64,000 nucleotides of DNA from the NCBI GenBank assembly GCA_964446625.1, contig CAYUPH010000003.1, positions 64,192 to 128,191 of the forward strand. Reading direction: 5' to 3'. The notes below the pieces were generated by a model. The model did not search any database, was not told where the DNA came from, and was given only the letters and a program-made list of their open reading frames with translations. Origin of the DNA: an uncultured Candidatus Saccharibacteria bacterium (GTDB lineage Bacteria; Patescibacteriota; Minisyncoccia; Phycocordibacterales; CAIRYW01). Below are positions 1 to 8,900 of the stretch, one piece after another (position 1 is the stretch's first letter; each line of letters begins with the position of its first letter). The position numbers and the translations under genes were made by a program.

Positions 1-1040
1 GCTCCCGTCCCATAGTGTCCAAGCACATAGTCGGCTACCCAAACAGGTACTTCTTCTCCATTTGCTGGATTGATAGCTTTTATACCCTTTATCTCGATTC
101 CTGTTTTTTCCTTTTTATCATTTGTTCTTTCTTCCTCAGACTTGTTTTTACAATCTTTGATATAGTTCTCTAGCTCTGCTTTGTTTTGTATTTCATTTTT
201 AAATTTTAAGTCCTCGTTCATAAATCTCTCTGCTATTTCTGGCGCAAGCACAACATAAGTAACACCAAAAAGCGTATCCGCTCTTGTTGTAAATACTTCA
301 ATTTCTCCAATTTCATTCTTAATTCCTAAATCATAAATCTTAAATCTGATTTCAGAACCTTCACTTCTTCCTATCCAGTTTTCTTGTTGGAGTTTTACAG
401 CACTTGGCCATTCGGATAAATCTTTAAGTCCCTCAAGAAGTTTTTCTGCATAGTCTGTAATTTTAAGATACCACTGCCGAAGATTTTTCTTTTCTACTTC
501 GGCGCCACATCTTTCGCATTTACCATCGACGACTTCTTCGTTTGCGAGACCAGTTTTGTCCTTTGGACACCAGTTTATTTCTCCTTCCTTTTCATATGCA
601 AGACCCGCTTTCCAAAACTCAAGAAAAATCTTTTGAGTCCACTTGTAATACTCGGGGTCCGTTGTGTTAATTTCCCTAGACCAATCGTAGCCCGTTCCCC
701 AAGAGATAAGTTGTTTTTTTGCATTAGCAATATTTTTCTTTGTTGAAACAGAAGGGTGAATTTTGTTTTTGATTGCATAGTTTTCAGCAGGAAGACCAAA
801 AGCGTCCCATCCGATTGGGTACATTGCGTTCATGCCTTGCAGTTTGTAGAATTTTGAAACCACGTCTCCTGCGACAAATGGTCTCATGTGACCCATATGA
901 AGTCCTGCTCCTGAAGGATACGGAAACTCAACAAGAATCATTTTTTTCTTTCCTTTTGCTTTTTCACTTGCAAAAAAAGTCTTTTTGTCTTGCCAGAACT
1001 TCTGCCACTTCTTCTCTATTTTCTTTGGGTCGTATTTCAT
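1..1040 (-). CDS. leuS: Leucine--tRNA ligase, N-terminal part (runs off the window start; absent from the ORF track)
   Basis: Manual minus-strand translation from ATG 1040: MKYDPKKIEKKWQKFW...EFPYPSGAGLHMGH (HIGH-type motif)...GWDAFGLPAENYA...YYKWTQ...LANEEVVDGKCERCG...QWYLKITDYAEKLL...QENWIGRSEG...VFTTRADTLFG. Confidence 0.97.
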   Translation of the reverse strand, partial: MKYDPKKIEKKWQKFWQDKKTFFASEKAKGKKKMILVEFPYPSGAGLHMGHMRPFVAGDVVSKFYKLQGMNAMYPIGWDAFGLPAENYAIKNKIHPSVSTKKNIANAKKQLISWGTGYDWSREINTTDPEYYKWTQKIFLEFWKAGLAYEKEGEINWCPKDKTGLANEEVVDGKCERCGAEVEKKNLRQWYLKITDYAEKLLEGLKDLSEWPSAVKLQQENWIGRSEGSEIRFKIYDLGIKNEIGEIEVFTTRADTLFGVTYVVLAPEIAERFMNEDLKFKNEIQNKAELENYIKDCKNKSEEERTNDKKEKTGIEIKGIKAINPANGEEVPVWVADYVLGHYGTG

Positions 1041-1103
1041 GTGTAAAACTATACCATTTTTTAAACTTTTTTGAAGGAAAGGGTGAAATGGGTAAAAATA
1101 AAC

Positions 1104-1126
1104 AAAAAGCCGCGCTTCGCGCGGCT
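1104..1126 (-). terminator. Intrinsic terminator of ychF
   Basis: Stem agccgcgc/gcgcggct with 3-nt loop, followed by a U-run on the minus strand. Confidence 0.75.
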
Positions 1127-1143
1127 GGAATGCGAACTAAGAG

Positions 1144-2241
1144 TTACACCTTGAACTCAATCACATCTCCGTCTTTGACGATATATTCTTTTCCTTCTGT
1201 TCGTAGGTAGCCTTTTTCTCTGCACACGGCGTATGAACCAGCTTCAACAAACTTCTCATACGCAACAATGTCGGCTCTAATAAACCTATCTTTAAAATCG
1301 TTATGAATCGCTGCTCCGGCAACAGGTGCAGTTGAATTTTTTTGTATAGTCCACGCCCGCGTCTCGGCTTCTCCAGTCGTAAAAAAAGTTTCAAGTCCAA
1401 GCAGGTCGTAGGCTTTTTTAATAAGTTCATTTATTCCGTCGTCTTTTGCACCAAGCTCGCTTCGAAAGGCGCTCTTTTCCTCCGCGGACAGGTCTTTTAA
1501 CTCGTCTTCGATTCCAGCGTCCACAATTGTATATGTTGCTCCTTTTGCTTTAAAAAATTCAAGAAGTTTCTGCCATCTTTCATCATTTTCTTCGTCGAGG
1601 TTTTTTGCACCCGCCTTTTTATTGAGTACATACATAAAAGGCTTTAGTGTAAGGAGAGCCAGGCTTTTGATTACTGCTTTATCTTCCTCTGAAAGGTCCG
1701 CTTCACCTGCAAGTTTTTCCGCTTCAAGCGACGCTTTTATCTTTTCTAAAATCTCTTTTTCTTTTATTGCCACTTTGTCTCCCCTTTTTACATCCTTTTC
1801 AACATTTCCAAGTCGTTTTGTTACACTCTGAATGTCTGCGAGGATAAGCTCGAGGTTTATTACTTCAATATCTGCTAGAGGGTTGATTCGTCCGTCAACA
1901 TGAATAATATTTCCGTCTTCGAAAATTCGCACAACTTCAGCGATAGCGTTTACTTCACGAATGTGTGAAAGAAATTGGTTCCCAAGCCCTTCTCCTTCAC
2001 TCGCGCCTTTTACAAGGCCGGCAATGTCCACAAACTCTACAATCGCGGGCACAGTCTTCTTTGTATTTGAAAGTTTTGAAAGTGTATAAAGCCTCTCGTC
2101 AGGAACTGCAACGACGCCCACAGACGGGTCGATAGTTGCAAATGGGTAGTTAGCGGCAAGAACACCCTTTTTTGTAAGGGCGTTAAAAAGCGTAGATTTT
2201 CCCACATTTGGTAGACCAACAATTCCAATACTTAGATTCAT
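1144..2241 (-). CDS. ychF: Redox-regulated ATPase YchF (Obg family)
   Basis: GIVGLPNVGKSTLFNALT, NYPFATIDP, DIAGLVKGAS, C-terminal EGKEYIVKDGDVI. Confidence 0.97.
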   Translation of the reverse strand: MNLSIGIVGLPNVGKSTLFNALTKKGVLAANYPFATIDPSVGVVAVPDERLYTLSKLSNTKKTVPAIVEFVDIAGLVKGASEGEGLGNQFLSHIREVNAIAEVVRIFEDGNIIHVDGRINPLADIEVINLELILADIQSVTKRLGNVEKDVKRGDKVAIKEKEILEKIKASLEAEKLAGEADLSEEDKAVIKSLALLTLKPFMYVLNKKAGAKNLDEENDERWQKLLEFFKAKGATYTIVDAGIEDELKDLSAEEKSAFRSELGAKDDGINELIKKAYDLLGLETFFTTGEAETRAWTIQKNSTAPVAGAAIHNDFKDRFIRADIVAYEKFVEAGSYAVCREKGYLRTEGKEYIVKDGDVIEFKV

Positions 2242-2367
2242 TTTTTTGTTTGAAGTTAAAAAAGCCTAAGGAGTAAAAAGACTTTTCTCAATCATACCCA
2301 AAAACAGCAAAAAAACAAAAACAACTGCAAAAACTCCCTTTCTTGCTCCTCAAAAAACCCACACCAA

Positions 2368-2440
2368 AAACTTCAAGGGCGGTCCTTGTAACAAACGAGC
2401 CTTATGCCACAACAAACTCAAGGACCGCCCTTGAAAGTTT
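2368..2440. repeat. REP-doublet-like inverted repeat
   Basis: 17-bp perfect arms ttcaagggcggtccttg (2372-2388) / caaggaccgcccttgaa (2419-2435); each arm is itself a CAAGG-n5-CCTTG palindrome. Confidence 0.65.
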
Positions 2441-2457
2441 CTGTGGTTTACTTTTGT

Positions 2458-2682
2458 TTACTGGTTTAGAGCCTTAAGTTCGTTCTCATATCTTTTCATC
2501 ACTTCCATAACCGCGTCCATCTGGCTCTTTCCCTTTTTCATTTCTTCCTGAGACTCTTCAGCGATTTTTTTAAATAGGTCGGGGTTTTTCTCTATCATTG
2601 CAAAGATTTTCTCCTGTTGTTCCGCAGGAATATCTTTCATTTTGCTTTGTAAAAGTTTCTTCATTAAAAAGTTTCCAAACAT
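2458..2682 (-). CDS. Small Met/Lys-rich helical hypothetical protein
   Basis: Clean 74-aa ATG ORF with host-like composition. Confidence 0.75.
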   Translation of the reverse strand: MFGNFLMKKLLQSKMKDIPAEQQEKIFAMIEKNPDLFKKIAEESQEEMKKGKSQMDAVMEVMKRYENELKALNQ

Positions 2683-2779
2683 ATATTTTTGATTAATTGT
2701 ATAGGCTTCGCATTATATCAAACACCCTTTTTTCTCGCCAGATGTTTTTGATTTTGGTTCTTTTTGGTAAAATAAACAC

Positions 2780-3601
2780 ATGATAAAAAGAATTCTTGTT
2801 TTCGTTGCAATCATATTTGTAAGTCTCGGCGTATACAGCATGAGTATTACTATGCAAACTGGTAGCACAGAAGCTCTCCTCCGAGATGCGTTTACAAACC
2901 TTTTGGAGAGTGAGTTCTATGTTGCTCTTGCAAGTCCAGAAAGCGCGTTTGTAAAAATTCCCGAAGGTTCACGAAAGGAGCAAATTCTTGCCTACCTCGA
3001 CAAACGATTTGTGTGGGATGAAAAAGACGAAGAAGCTTTTCTTGCCTTTGATGAAATCCGCAAGACAAAACATGAAGGAACTTATTTTCCAGACACTTAC
3101 CTAATGCCTCAGGACGCAACAGGAAGCGAAGTTAGAAAAATAATGGAAGAGCGTTTTGATACAAAGCTTGAAGCGCTCCGTCAGGAAGCAAAAAAGAAAA
3201 ATATCAATTTTGATACGGCGGTAAACATTGCTTCTATTATTCAGCGAGAGGCTGCCGGCAAAAGCGATCGAAACATTGTTTCAGGAATTATTTGGAACAG
3301 AATTTTTGCAGGTATGAAATTGCAGATGGACGCAACCCTTCAGTACGCAAAAGGTACCGAAGATAACGGATGGTGGCCAAAAGTTGTTCCTGCCGACAAA
3401 AAAATTGAGTCTCCGTACAATACTTATAAATACGCAGGACTTCCACCAAGCCCGATTGCAAACCCAGGACTTGCTTCTATAAAAGCTGCGCTAAACCCGA
3501 CAAAAACGTCTTGCCTGTTTTATTTTCACAAAGACGGCGTGATTTATTGTTCTAAAAACTACGAGGAGCACAAAAGAAAAATTGATTTATATTTGAAATA
3601 A
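2780..3601 (+). CDS. mltG: Endolytic transglycosylase MltG (YceG-like)
   Basis: N-terminal TM; EGTYFPDTY, IASIIQREA, LQMDATLQY, SPYNTYKYAGLPPSPIANPG. Confidence 0.93.
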   Translation: MIKRILVFVAIIFVSLGVYSMSITMQTGSTEALLRDAFTNLLESEFYVALASPESAFVKIPEGSRKEQILAYLDKRFVWDEKDEEAFLAFDEIRKTKHEGTYFPDTYLMPQDATGSEVRKIMEERFDTKLEALRQEAKKKNINFDTAVNIASIIQREAAGKSDRNIVSGIIWNRIFAGMKLQMDATLQYAKGTEDNGWWPKVVPADKKIESPYNTYKYAGLPPSPIANPGLASIKAALNPTKTSCLFYFHKDGVIYCSKNYEEHKRKIDLYLK

Positions 3602-3621
3602 AAAAAAGCCTACAAAGTAGG

Positions 3622-4014
3622 CTACTCTCTCGAAAAATGGATAAGGCTTCTAATGAAACAGCCCCGCATAGATCTAACAGCATCGGTAACTGCGAATTCT
3701 GCAAAGAACTCAACAGTTATTTCGTCATATGGTGATTTCACCATTATGAACTCAATCCCATCTTCCGTGATGTTTGGAATTATGGGTATCTGTGTCTTTC
3801 TCTTATTTTTCCTTCCTTTTACCCACTTCACCCACCCTTTAACTTTTACATAAACTATCTTCGGCGTATCGCTTTGATGGCGGATTGTGATTTTTTTTAA
3901 TCTTGTGTTAGGTGGGACCTCAGGATAGCCACCAGTGGGTATTGGAAATTTTTCATGAACAATTCTTTCTTCACCCTTATTTCTACGGTTTAAAAAAACA
4001 AATTCAATTTTCAT
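3622..4014 (-). CDS. Hypothetical protein (orphan)
   Basis: 130-aa ORF with its own promoter-like element (TTTACA-16-TAGGAT) upstream. Confidence 0.6.
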   Translation of the reverse strand: MKIEFVFLNRRNKGEERIVHEKFPIPTGGYPEVPPNTRLKKITIRHQSDTPKIVYVKVKGWVKWVKGRKNKRKTQIPIIPNITEDGIEFIMVKSPYDEITVEFFAEFAVTDAVRSMRGCFIRSLIHFSRE

Positions 4015-4138
4015 AGTTTTATGGGTAATGCCACTTTCAATCCTACCTTAGAAGTAAAATTTGTAAATTAACCTCTCTCTTCTTTTTACTTTCCCGCCTC
4101 TGTGTTAGAATTTGCGCATTATTTTATTTGCCAAACAC

Positions 4139-5395
4139 ATGAGCGATATCAAAAACAAAGAATTAAAAGCTGAAGGAAAAAAGAAAATCGAATGGGCACG
4201 AAAGGACATGCCGGTTCTTTGTGAAATTGCAGACGATTTTAAAAAAAGAAAGCCTCTTAAGGGACTACGAATTGCCGCGTGCCTACACGTTACTGCAGAG
4301 ACTGCAAACCTATGTCGAACCCTTAAGGATGGAGGCGCGGAAGTTTTTCTTTGTGCATCAAACCCGCTTTCTACACAGGATGATGTCGCCGCTTCCCTTT
4401 CAGAAGATTTTGGAATTCATACTTTTGCAATTAAGGGCGAAGATTCAAAAACATATTTTAACCATATAAATTCTGTTCTGGATGCAGGTCCGCAGATTGT
4501 GATGGACGACGGTGCGGACCTTGTTTCCGAGCTTCATAAAGCAAGGCAAAATCAAATCCCAGAACTTATTGGAAGCACAGAAGAAACAACAACAGGTGTA
4601 ATTCGACTACAGGCACTTGCAAAAGAAAAGAAACTCCAGGTTCCTGTGATTGCAGTCAATGAAAGCAAGACAAAGCATATGTTTGATAACCGGTACGGTA
4701 CTGGACAAAGCACACTCGACGGAATTATACGAGCAACAAACAAACTCCTTGCGGGAAATGTTTTTGTTGTCGCTGGCTACGGCTGGTGTGGTAAGGGTCT
4801 TGCAATGCGAGCGCGAGGAATGGGTGCCCGAGTTGTTGTTACAGAAATCGATAGTGTCAAAGCCCTCGAAGCAAACATGGACGGCTTTGAAGTTCTACCG
4901 ATGTCAAAGGCGGCAAAAATTGCTGACTTTATTTGTACTGTAACTGGTAACAAACATGTACTGCGGGAAGAGCATTTTAAAACACTAAAGGACGGGTGTA
5001 TTATTTCAAACTCAGGACACTTTGATATCGAGATTGATCTCGTAGCTCTAAAGAAAATGAGCAAAAAAGTGCAGAGCGCTCGACCTTACAACGAAGAATA
5101 CGAACTAAAAGACGGACGAAAAGTATATGTGATTGCAGAGGGACGCCTTGTAAACCTTGGAAGCGCAGAAGGACACCCATCGAGCGTTATGGATATGAGT
5201 TTTGCAAACCAAGCTATGGCAGCAGAATTTTTGGTAAAGAACAAGGGAAAAATTGTAAAAGATGTTCATGTGCTTCCTGAAGAGTTAGACCACAAAATTG
5301 CAGGACTTAAACTAAAAGCGCTTCATATCTCGATAGATAAACTCACAGCCGATCAAAAGAAATACCTCAGTAGTTGGGAGGAAGGGACGAATTAG
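4139..5395 (+). CDS. ahcY: Adenosylhomocysteinase
   Basis: CLHVTAETA, SNPLSTQD, EETTTG, FDNRYGTGQS, GYGWCGKG, GHFDIEID, GHPSSVMDMSF; start moved to ATG 4139. Confidence 0.97.
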   Translation: MSDIKNKELKAEGKKKIEWARKDMPVLCEIADDFKKRKPLKGLRIAACLHVTAETANLCRTLKDGGAEVFLCASNPLSTQDDVAASLSEDFGIHTFAIKGEDSKTYFNHINSVLDAGPQIVMDDGADLVSELHKARQNQIPELIGSTEETTTGVIRLQALAKEKKLQVPVIAVNESKTKHMFDNRYGTGQSTLDGIIRATNKLLAGNVFVVAGYGWCGKGLAMRARGMGARVVVTEIDSVKALEANMDGFEVLPMSKAAKIADFICTVTGNKHVLREEHFKTLKDGCIISNSGHFDIEIDLVALKKMSKKVQSARPYNEEYELKDGRKVYVIAEGRLVNLGSAEGHPSSVMDMSFANQAMAAEFLVKNKGKIVKDVHVLPEELDHKIAGLKLKALHISIDKLTADQKKYLSSWEEGTN

Positions 5396-5401
5396 AAGAA
5401 G

Positions 5402-5443
5402 AATCAAGATTTAAGAATTACGAATTAGGAATGAAGAGTTGAG
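5402..5443 (+). repeat. Six degenerate tandem heptamers
   Basis: aatcaag atttaag aattacg aattagg aatgaag agttgag. Confidence 0.55.
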
Positions 5444-5470
5444 AATAAAAAAAGCCGAAGAGTGTAATTC

Positions 5471-5854
5471 TTAGGCTGTAGCGTTGAACTGAATTTGAAA
5501 AAGGAGCGTAAAGCTTTTCATGCCGAGACGGAACATTGTGCCGTTTTCCATGCTTGAGGCACCAGCTTCCATTGCTTCACCTAACGTCATTTTTTCCCCA
5601 AGCTCAATTGCTTTCTCCGTTGCACCTGGGCCGTTCAAGTGGAGGGTATTGGGAATAGGTGCATCAGACCGGCTGACTATTGCCGTGGTAATTTCACCCC
5701 ACTGAATCCCGTCCGTTGCAAGGTTCAAAGTCGCACCAGCAAGGGATTTTGCGAAGGGAGCTACGGTCATTACCGACTGTTCGCCAGCGTCCAAGATGAG
5801 AACGAGGTAATGGTCCTTTTCTAATTTAACCCGGATGAATACGTTTGTTTTCAT
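5471..5854 (-). CDS. Hypothetical protein (orphan)
   Basis: Likely start ATG 5854 (MKTNVFIRVK); the longer track ORF runs through AT-rich intergenic DNA and overlaps the next gene. Confidence 0.6.
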   Translation of the reverse strand: MKTNVFIRVKLEKDHYLVLILDAGEQSVMTVAPFAKSLAGATLNLATDGIQWGEITTAIVSRSDAPIPNTLHLNGPGATEKAIELGEKMTLGEAMEAGASSMENGTMFRLGMKSFTLLFQIQFNATA

Positions 5855-5913
5855 AGCTAAAACTACAATAGCAATTAAAAAAAATAAATCAAACAATAAA
5901 AAAACCAGAGGGG

Positions 5914-6195
5914 TTAGCTCTGGGTATCGACGGGTATCGCGGTTACTCCTAAATATCTGAGCTCTTCGACTAGGCACCTTGCTGTGTGAAGAGCTTTTAA
6001 TTCGTTGAATGCACCTGTTCCGCGAGTGATTTCAGGCGGATTTTCTCCCAATTTTCTTTCACTTTTTAAGAGTGAGAACACTCCTGTTCGCATGATTTCG
6101 ACGATCAGCATTGCGAGTCCAGTTGTGTCGATTTCTTCAGGATCATCAACCTGCAAACAGAGTTTCTCGTCTATATATAATTCAAAAAATGGCAT
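5914..6195 (-). CDS. Hypothetical protein (orphan)
   Basis: 93-aa ATG ORF bounded by AT-rich spacers. Confidence 0.55.
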   Translation of the reverse strand: MPFFELYIDEKLCLQVDDPEEIDTTGLAMLIVEIMRTGVFSLLKSERKLGENPPEITRGTGAFNELKALHTARCLVEELRYLGVTAIPVDTQS

Positions 6196-6271
6196 ACTTA
6201 ATAAATAAAATCATACAGAATTCTAAGAAGCAAACATTTTCTTTTTCTGTTACTTTGCTAGACTATTAAAA

Positions 6272-7210
6272 ATGAAAAAAAATAAACAAAGTAAAAGGGT
6301 TTTGGTGTCAGGTTCGGTTGTGTACGACACTATTTTTAGTTTGCATGGAAATATTCAAGACCAAATAGTTCTCGAAAATGGAAAGCTAGGTCATCAGAAT
6401 CTTATGTTCACTGGAAAAGAAAAAAAAGTTTTCTTTGGTGGAACTGGAGGAAACATTGTCTACGGACTTTCTAAACTAGGTGTGCTTCCCTATCTTGTTT
6501 CTGCGGTGGGAAAAGATTTTGGAGAATACAAGGATTATTTGAAAGGTAAAGCGGAACTTAAAGTTTTGGAAGATAAAAGTGGATACACAAGTGTCTTCTA
6601 TGCTATGACTGACGAAGCGGGAGAGCAAATTGGAGTTTTCCAAACTGGCGTGTATGCAAAGAGGGTTGAAAAGCTCGCGCTTTCTTCCCTACTTTCTGCG
6701 ACAGAACTTTCTAAAGTTGAAGTGGGTATTTTTGCGGCAGGAACTGCGAAAAGCATTGCGTCCCAAATGACAGAACTTCGAAAAGTAAACAAGAACGCCA
6801 TTATTATTTTTGATCCGGGACAAATGCTTGGAATTGATTTTACAAAAAGTCTTCTCGAGAAAGTGCTCAAAGTCGCGGACATAGTAATTGTAAATGATGT
6901 AGAACAGAAAATTCTTGAAACAAAGTTTGGTTTTGGTTTCGAAAAAGTATTTAAAAAAGGAGTAAAGAAAATTGTTGTGACTGAGGGTTCTCTTGGAAGC
7001 TCGCTTTACACACATGGAGAAGGAAAAATTGAAAAAGTTTTTGTAAAAGCAAAAACTGTAAAAGTGGTGGATCCGACAGGTGCGGGCGATGCTTTTCGTG
7101 CTGGGTTTATAGATGCTCTCCTAAAAGGTAAAACAGAAAAACAAATGCTTGAAGCGGGAAATGCTCTTGGAGCAAAGTGTGTGCAAAAGTTCGGAGGACA
7201 AGGATACTAG
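6272..7210 (+). CDS. PfkB-family kinase, probably adenosine/nucleoside kinase
   Basis: GGTGGN, FDPGQ, NDVE, VDPTGAGDAFRAG; close to ahcY. Confidence 0.85.
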   Translation: MKKNKQSKRVLVSGSVVYDTIFSLHGNIQDQIVLENGKLGHQNLMFTGKEKKVFFGGTGGNIVYGLSKLGVLPYLVSAVGKDFGEYKDYLKGKAELKVLEDKSGYTSVFYAMTDEAGEQIGVFQTGVYAKRVEKLALSSLLSATELSKVEVGIFAAGTAKSIASQMTELRKVNKNAIIIFDPGQMLGIDFTKSLLEKVLKVADIVIVNDVEQKILETKFGFGFEKVFKKGVKKIVVTEGSLGSSLYTHGEGKIEKVFVKAKTVKVVDPTGAGDAFRAGFIDALLKGKTEKQMLEAGNALGAKCVQKFGGQGY

Positions 7211-7232
7211 TTTTCTGTATACTTGGAAGTGG

Positions 7233-7383
7233 TATGACACTTGAAGAAATAATAGCTACCCCTCCCCTTCATGATTCTGTCCGACCTGATCCGGACCAAG
7301 GTATCCTAAAGCGAATGGCAGCTGAAGAAGGTGCTTGGTCTGACCTTGGGGATATTCTTGATGAATACCCAATTATCGGCTAA
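7233..7383 (+). CDS. Possible 49-aa acidic peptide (start approximate)
   Basis: MTLEEIIATPPLHD... preceded by TATACT about 10 nt upstream. Confidence 0.35.
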
Positions 7384-7444
7384 TCCTCAGTAGAAAGTGA
7401 GGAAGATATGGCTGATGACTAACATCATCAGCTTTTTTTATTCT

Positions 7445-7900
7445 CTACATCATCCGCAAAAGCGCCTCGGCTGCTTCGATACCTTTGTTCATCATGCCAG
7501 TTGAGCGCACGAGAGCCTGCTCTAGTGTGTCTACAGTTAAAATCGCATTTGCAATCGGAGTTTCTTCGGAGAGCATAACATCCATAATTCCTCTTGTAGA
7601 TTCGCCAGAGATAAAAACGTAGTGGTCGGTGTCACCCCGAATCACACACCCTACTGCAATGACGCCTAAAACTTTTTTTTCTTTAATTACTTTTTTTGCA
7701 CAAAGGGGAATTTCGAATGCTCCTGGCGCTTCGACTATGAAAATATTTTTTTCTTGAATCCCTGCTTCCAAAAGGGTTTTGTACGCTCCGTCTCGAAGTG
7801 GGTAAGTAATGTCACTGTTATACGCGGAAACGACAATCGCAACTTTAGTAGTTTTTTTGATTTGTTTCCCCCCACCTGTTTTCTCTTGTTTGCGATTCAT
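7445..7900 (-). CDS. ribH: 6,7-dimethyl-8-ribityllumazine synthase
   Basis: VAIVVSAYN, APGAFEIPL, GCVIRGDTDHY, NKGIEAA; start at ATG 7900. Confidence 0.95.
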   Translation of the reverse strand: MNRKQEKTGGGKQIKKTTKVAIVVSAYNSDITYPLRDGAYKTLLEAGIQEKNIFIVEAPGAFEIPLCAKKVIKEKKVLGVIAVGCVIRGDTDHYVFISGESTRGIMDVMLSEETPIANAILTVDTLEQALVRSTGMMNKGIEAAEALLRMM

Positions 7901-7925
7901 ATTTTCTTTTTTAGATATTAAAACT

Positions 7926-8516
7926 TTACTCAAACTTCTCCCCTAGCCTTTCTGCATACCTCGCGATTATATCCGTTTCTATGTTTAAAATGTCGCCCAC
8001 CTTCTTTTCGCCCAGAGTTGTATGCTCAAGTGTATACGGAATGAGGCTGACTTCAAAACGAGTTCCTTTTACTTTTGAAACAGTAAGCGATACGCCTGCG
8101 AGACAAATACTCCCTTTGTAGGCAATATACTTTGCTACACTACTATCTGTATTTAAAGTAAAAACAGTGCTCCCTTCCCCTTTTACTACTTTTTCAATAA
8201 CTCCGATTCCATCAATGTGTCCGTACACAAAATGTCCAGAGATTTTGTCTCCTGCCTTTAAGCTTTCTTCAAAATTAACCTCGCTTCCTGCAACGAGTGC
8301 GCCGAGCGTTGTTTTACCGAGAGTTTCGTTCATGTATTCTACGGTAAACTTATCATCCTCAAGGTTTATTATAGTTGAGCAAACTCCTTCAATTGAAACA
8401 CTCTCACCTTTCTCTAAATTTGCACCCTCTGGCAATGCAAAAGTCACCTTCTTATTTCCAAGCAGGTCTGTTGTTCCGAGTACTTTTGTTTTTGCACTTA
8501 TGATTCCAGTAAACAT
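7926..8516 (-). CDS. ribE: Riboflavin synthase (alpha)
   Basis: MFTGII start, GVCST, GHFVYGHIDG, GVSLTV, LIPYTLEHT, NIETD. Confidence 0.95.
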   Translation of the reverse strand: MFTGIISAKTKVLGTTDLLGNKKVTFALPEGANLEKGESVSIEGVCSTIINLEDDKFTVEYMNETLGKTTLGALVAGSEVNFEESLKAGDKISGHFVYGHIDGIGVIEKVVKGEGSTVFTLNTDSSVAKYIAYKGSICLAGVSLTVSKVKGTRFEVSLIPYTLEHTTLGEKKVGDILNIETDIIARYAERLGEKFE

Positions 8517-8518
8517 GA

Positions 8519-8899
8519 TTAGCAGACAATCGGTCCTTCGTTCCAGTTTTTGTCCGACTTGTCGAGCTCAATTCTAATCATTTCAATGTCGTTTGCAATA
8601 AGCTCCTTTAGTTTCTCTGTATCAGCAATTTCAAAATCATCACGAATCTTTTCACAGATTTTTACGCAGATTTCTTTGCCGTAGAGCTCCCCTTCAAAGT
8701 CCAGAACATGCACTTCGATTACCGATGGGTTGTTTTTTGAAATATAAAGAGCTGCTTTGTGGTGTTCTTCTCCAAGTAGTGCGTACCCTGCGTAGATTCC
8801 AGGTTCCCCTGGATTTTGAAGCACAATATTTGCTGTTGGAAAGCCGATCTTTGTTGCTTCGCCTTTTCCTTTTATTACCTCGCCTTTGTGGGTTGTCAT
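8519..8899 (-). CDS. Monofunctional riboflavin kinase (RibF C-terminal domain only)
   Basis: GFPTANI, IEVHVLDFEGELYG, KIRDD; no FAD-synthetase domain. Confidence 0.9.
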   Translation of the reverse strand: MTTHKGEVIKGKGEATKIGFPTANIVLQNPGEPGIYAGYALLGEEHHKAALYISKNNPSVIEVHVLDFEGELYGKEICVKICEKIRDDFEIADTEKLKELIANDIEMIRIELDKSDKNWNEGPIVC

Positions 8900-8900
8900 A

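Noticed and set aside
575-1210. ORFs 575-799 and 773-1210
   Set aside because: Shadow frames of leuS and ychF.
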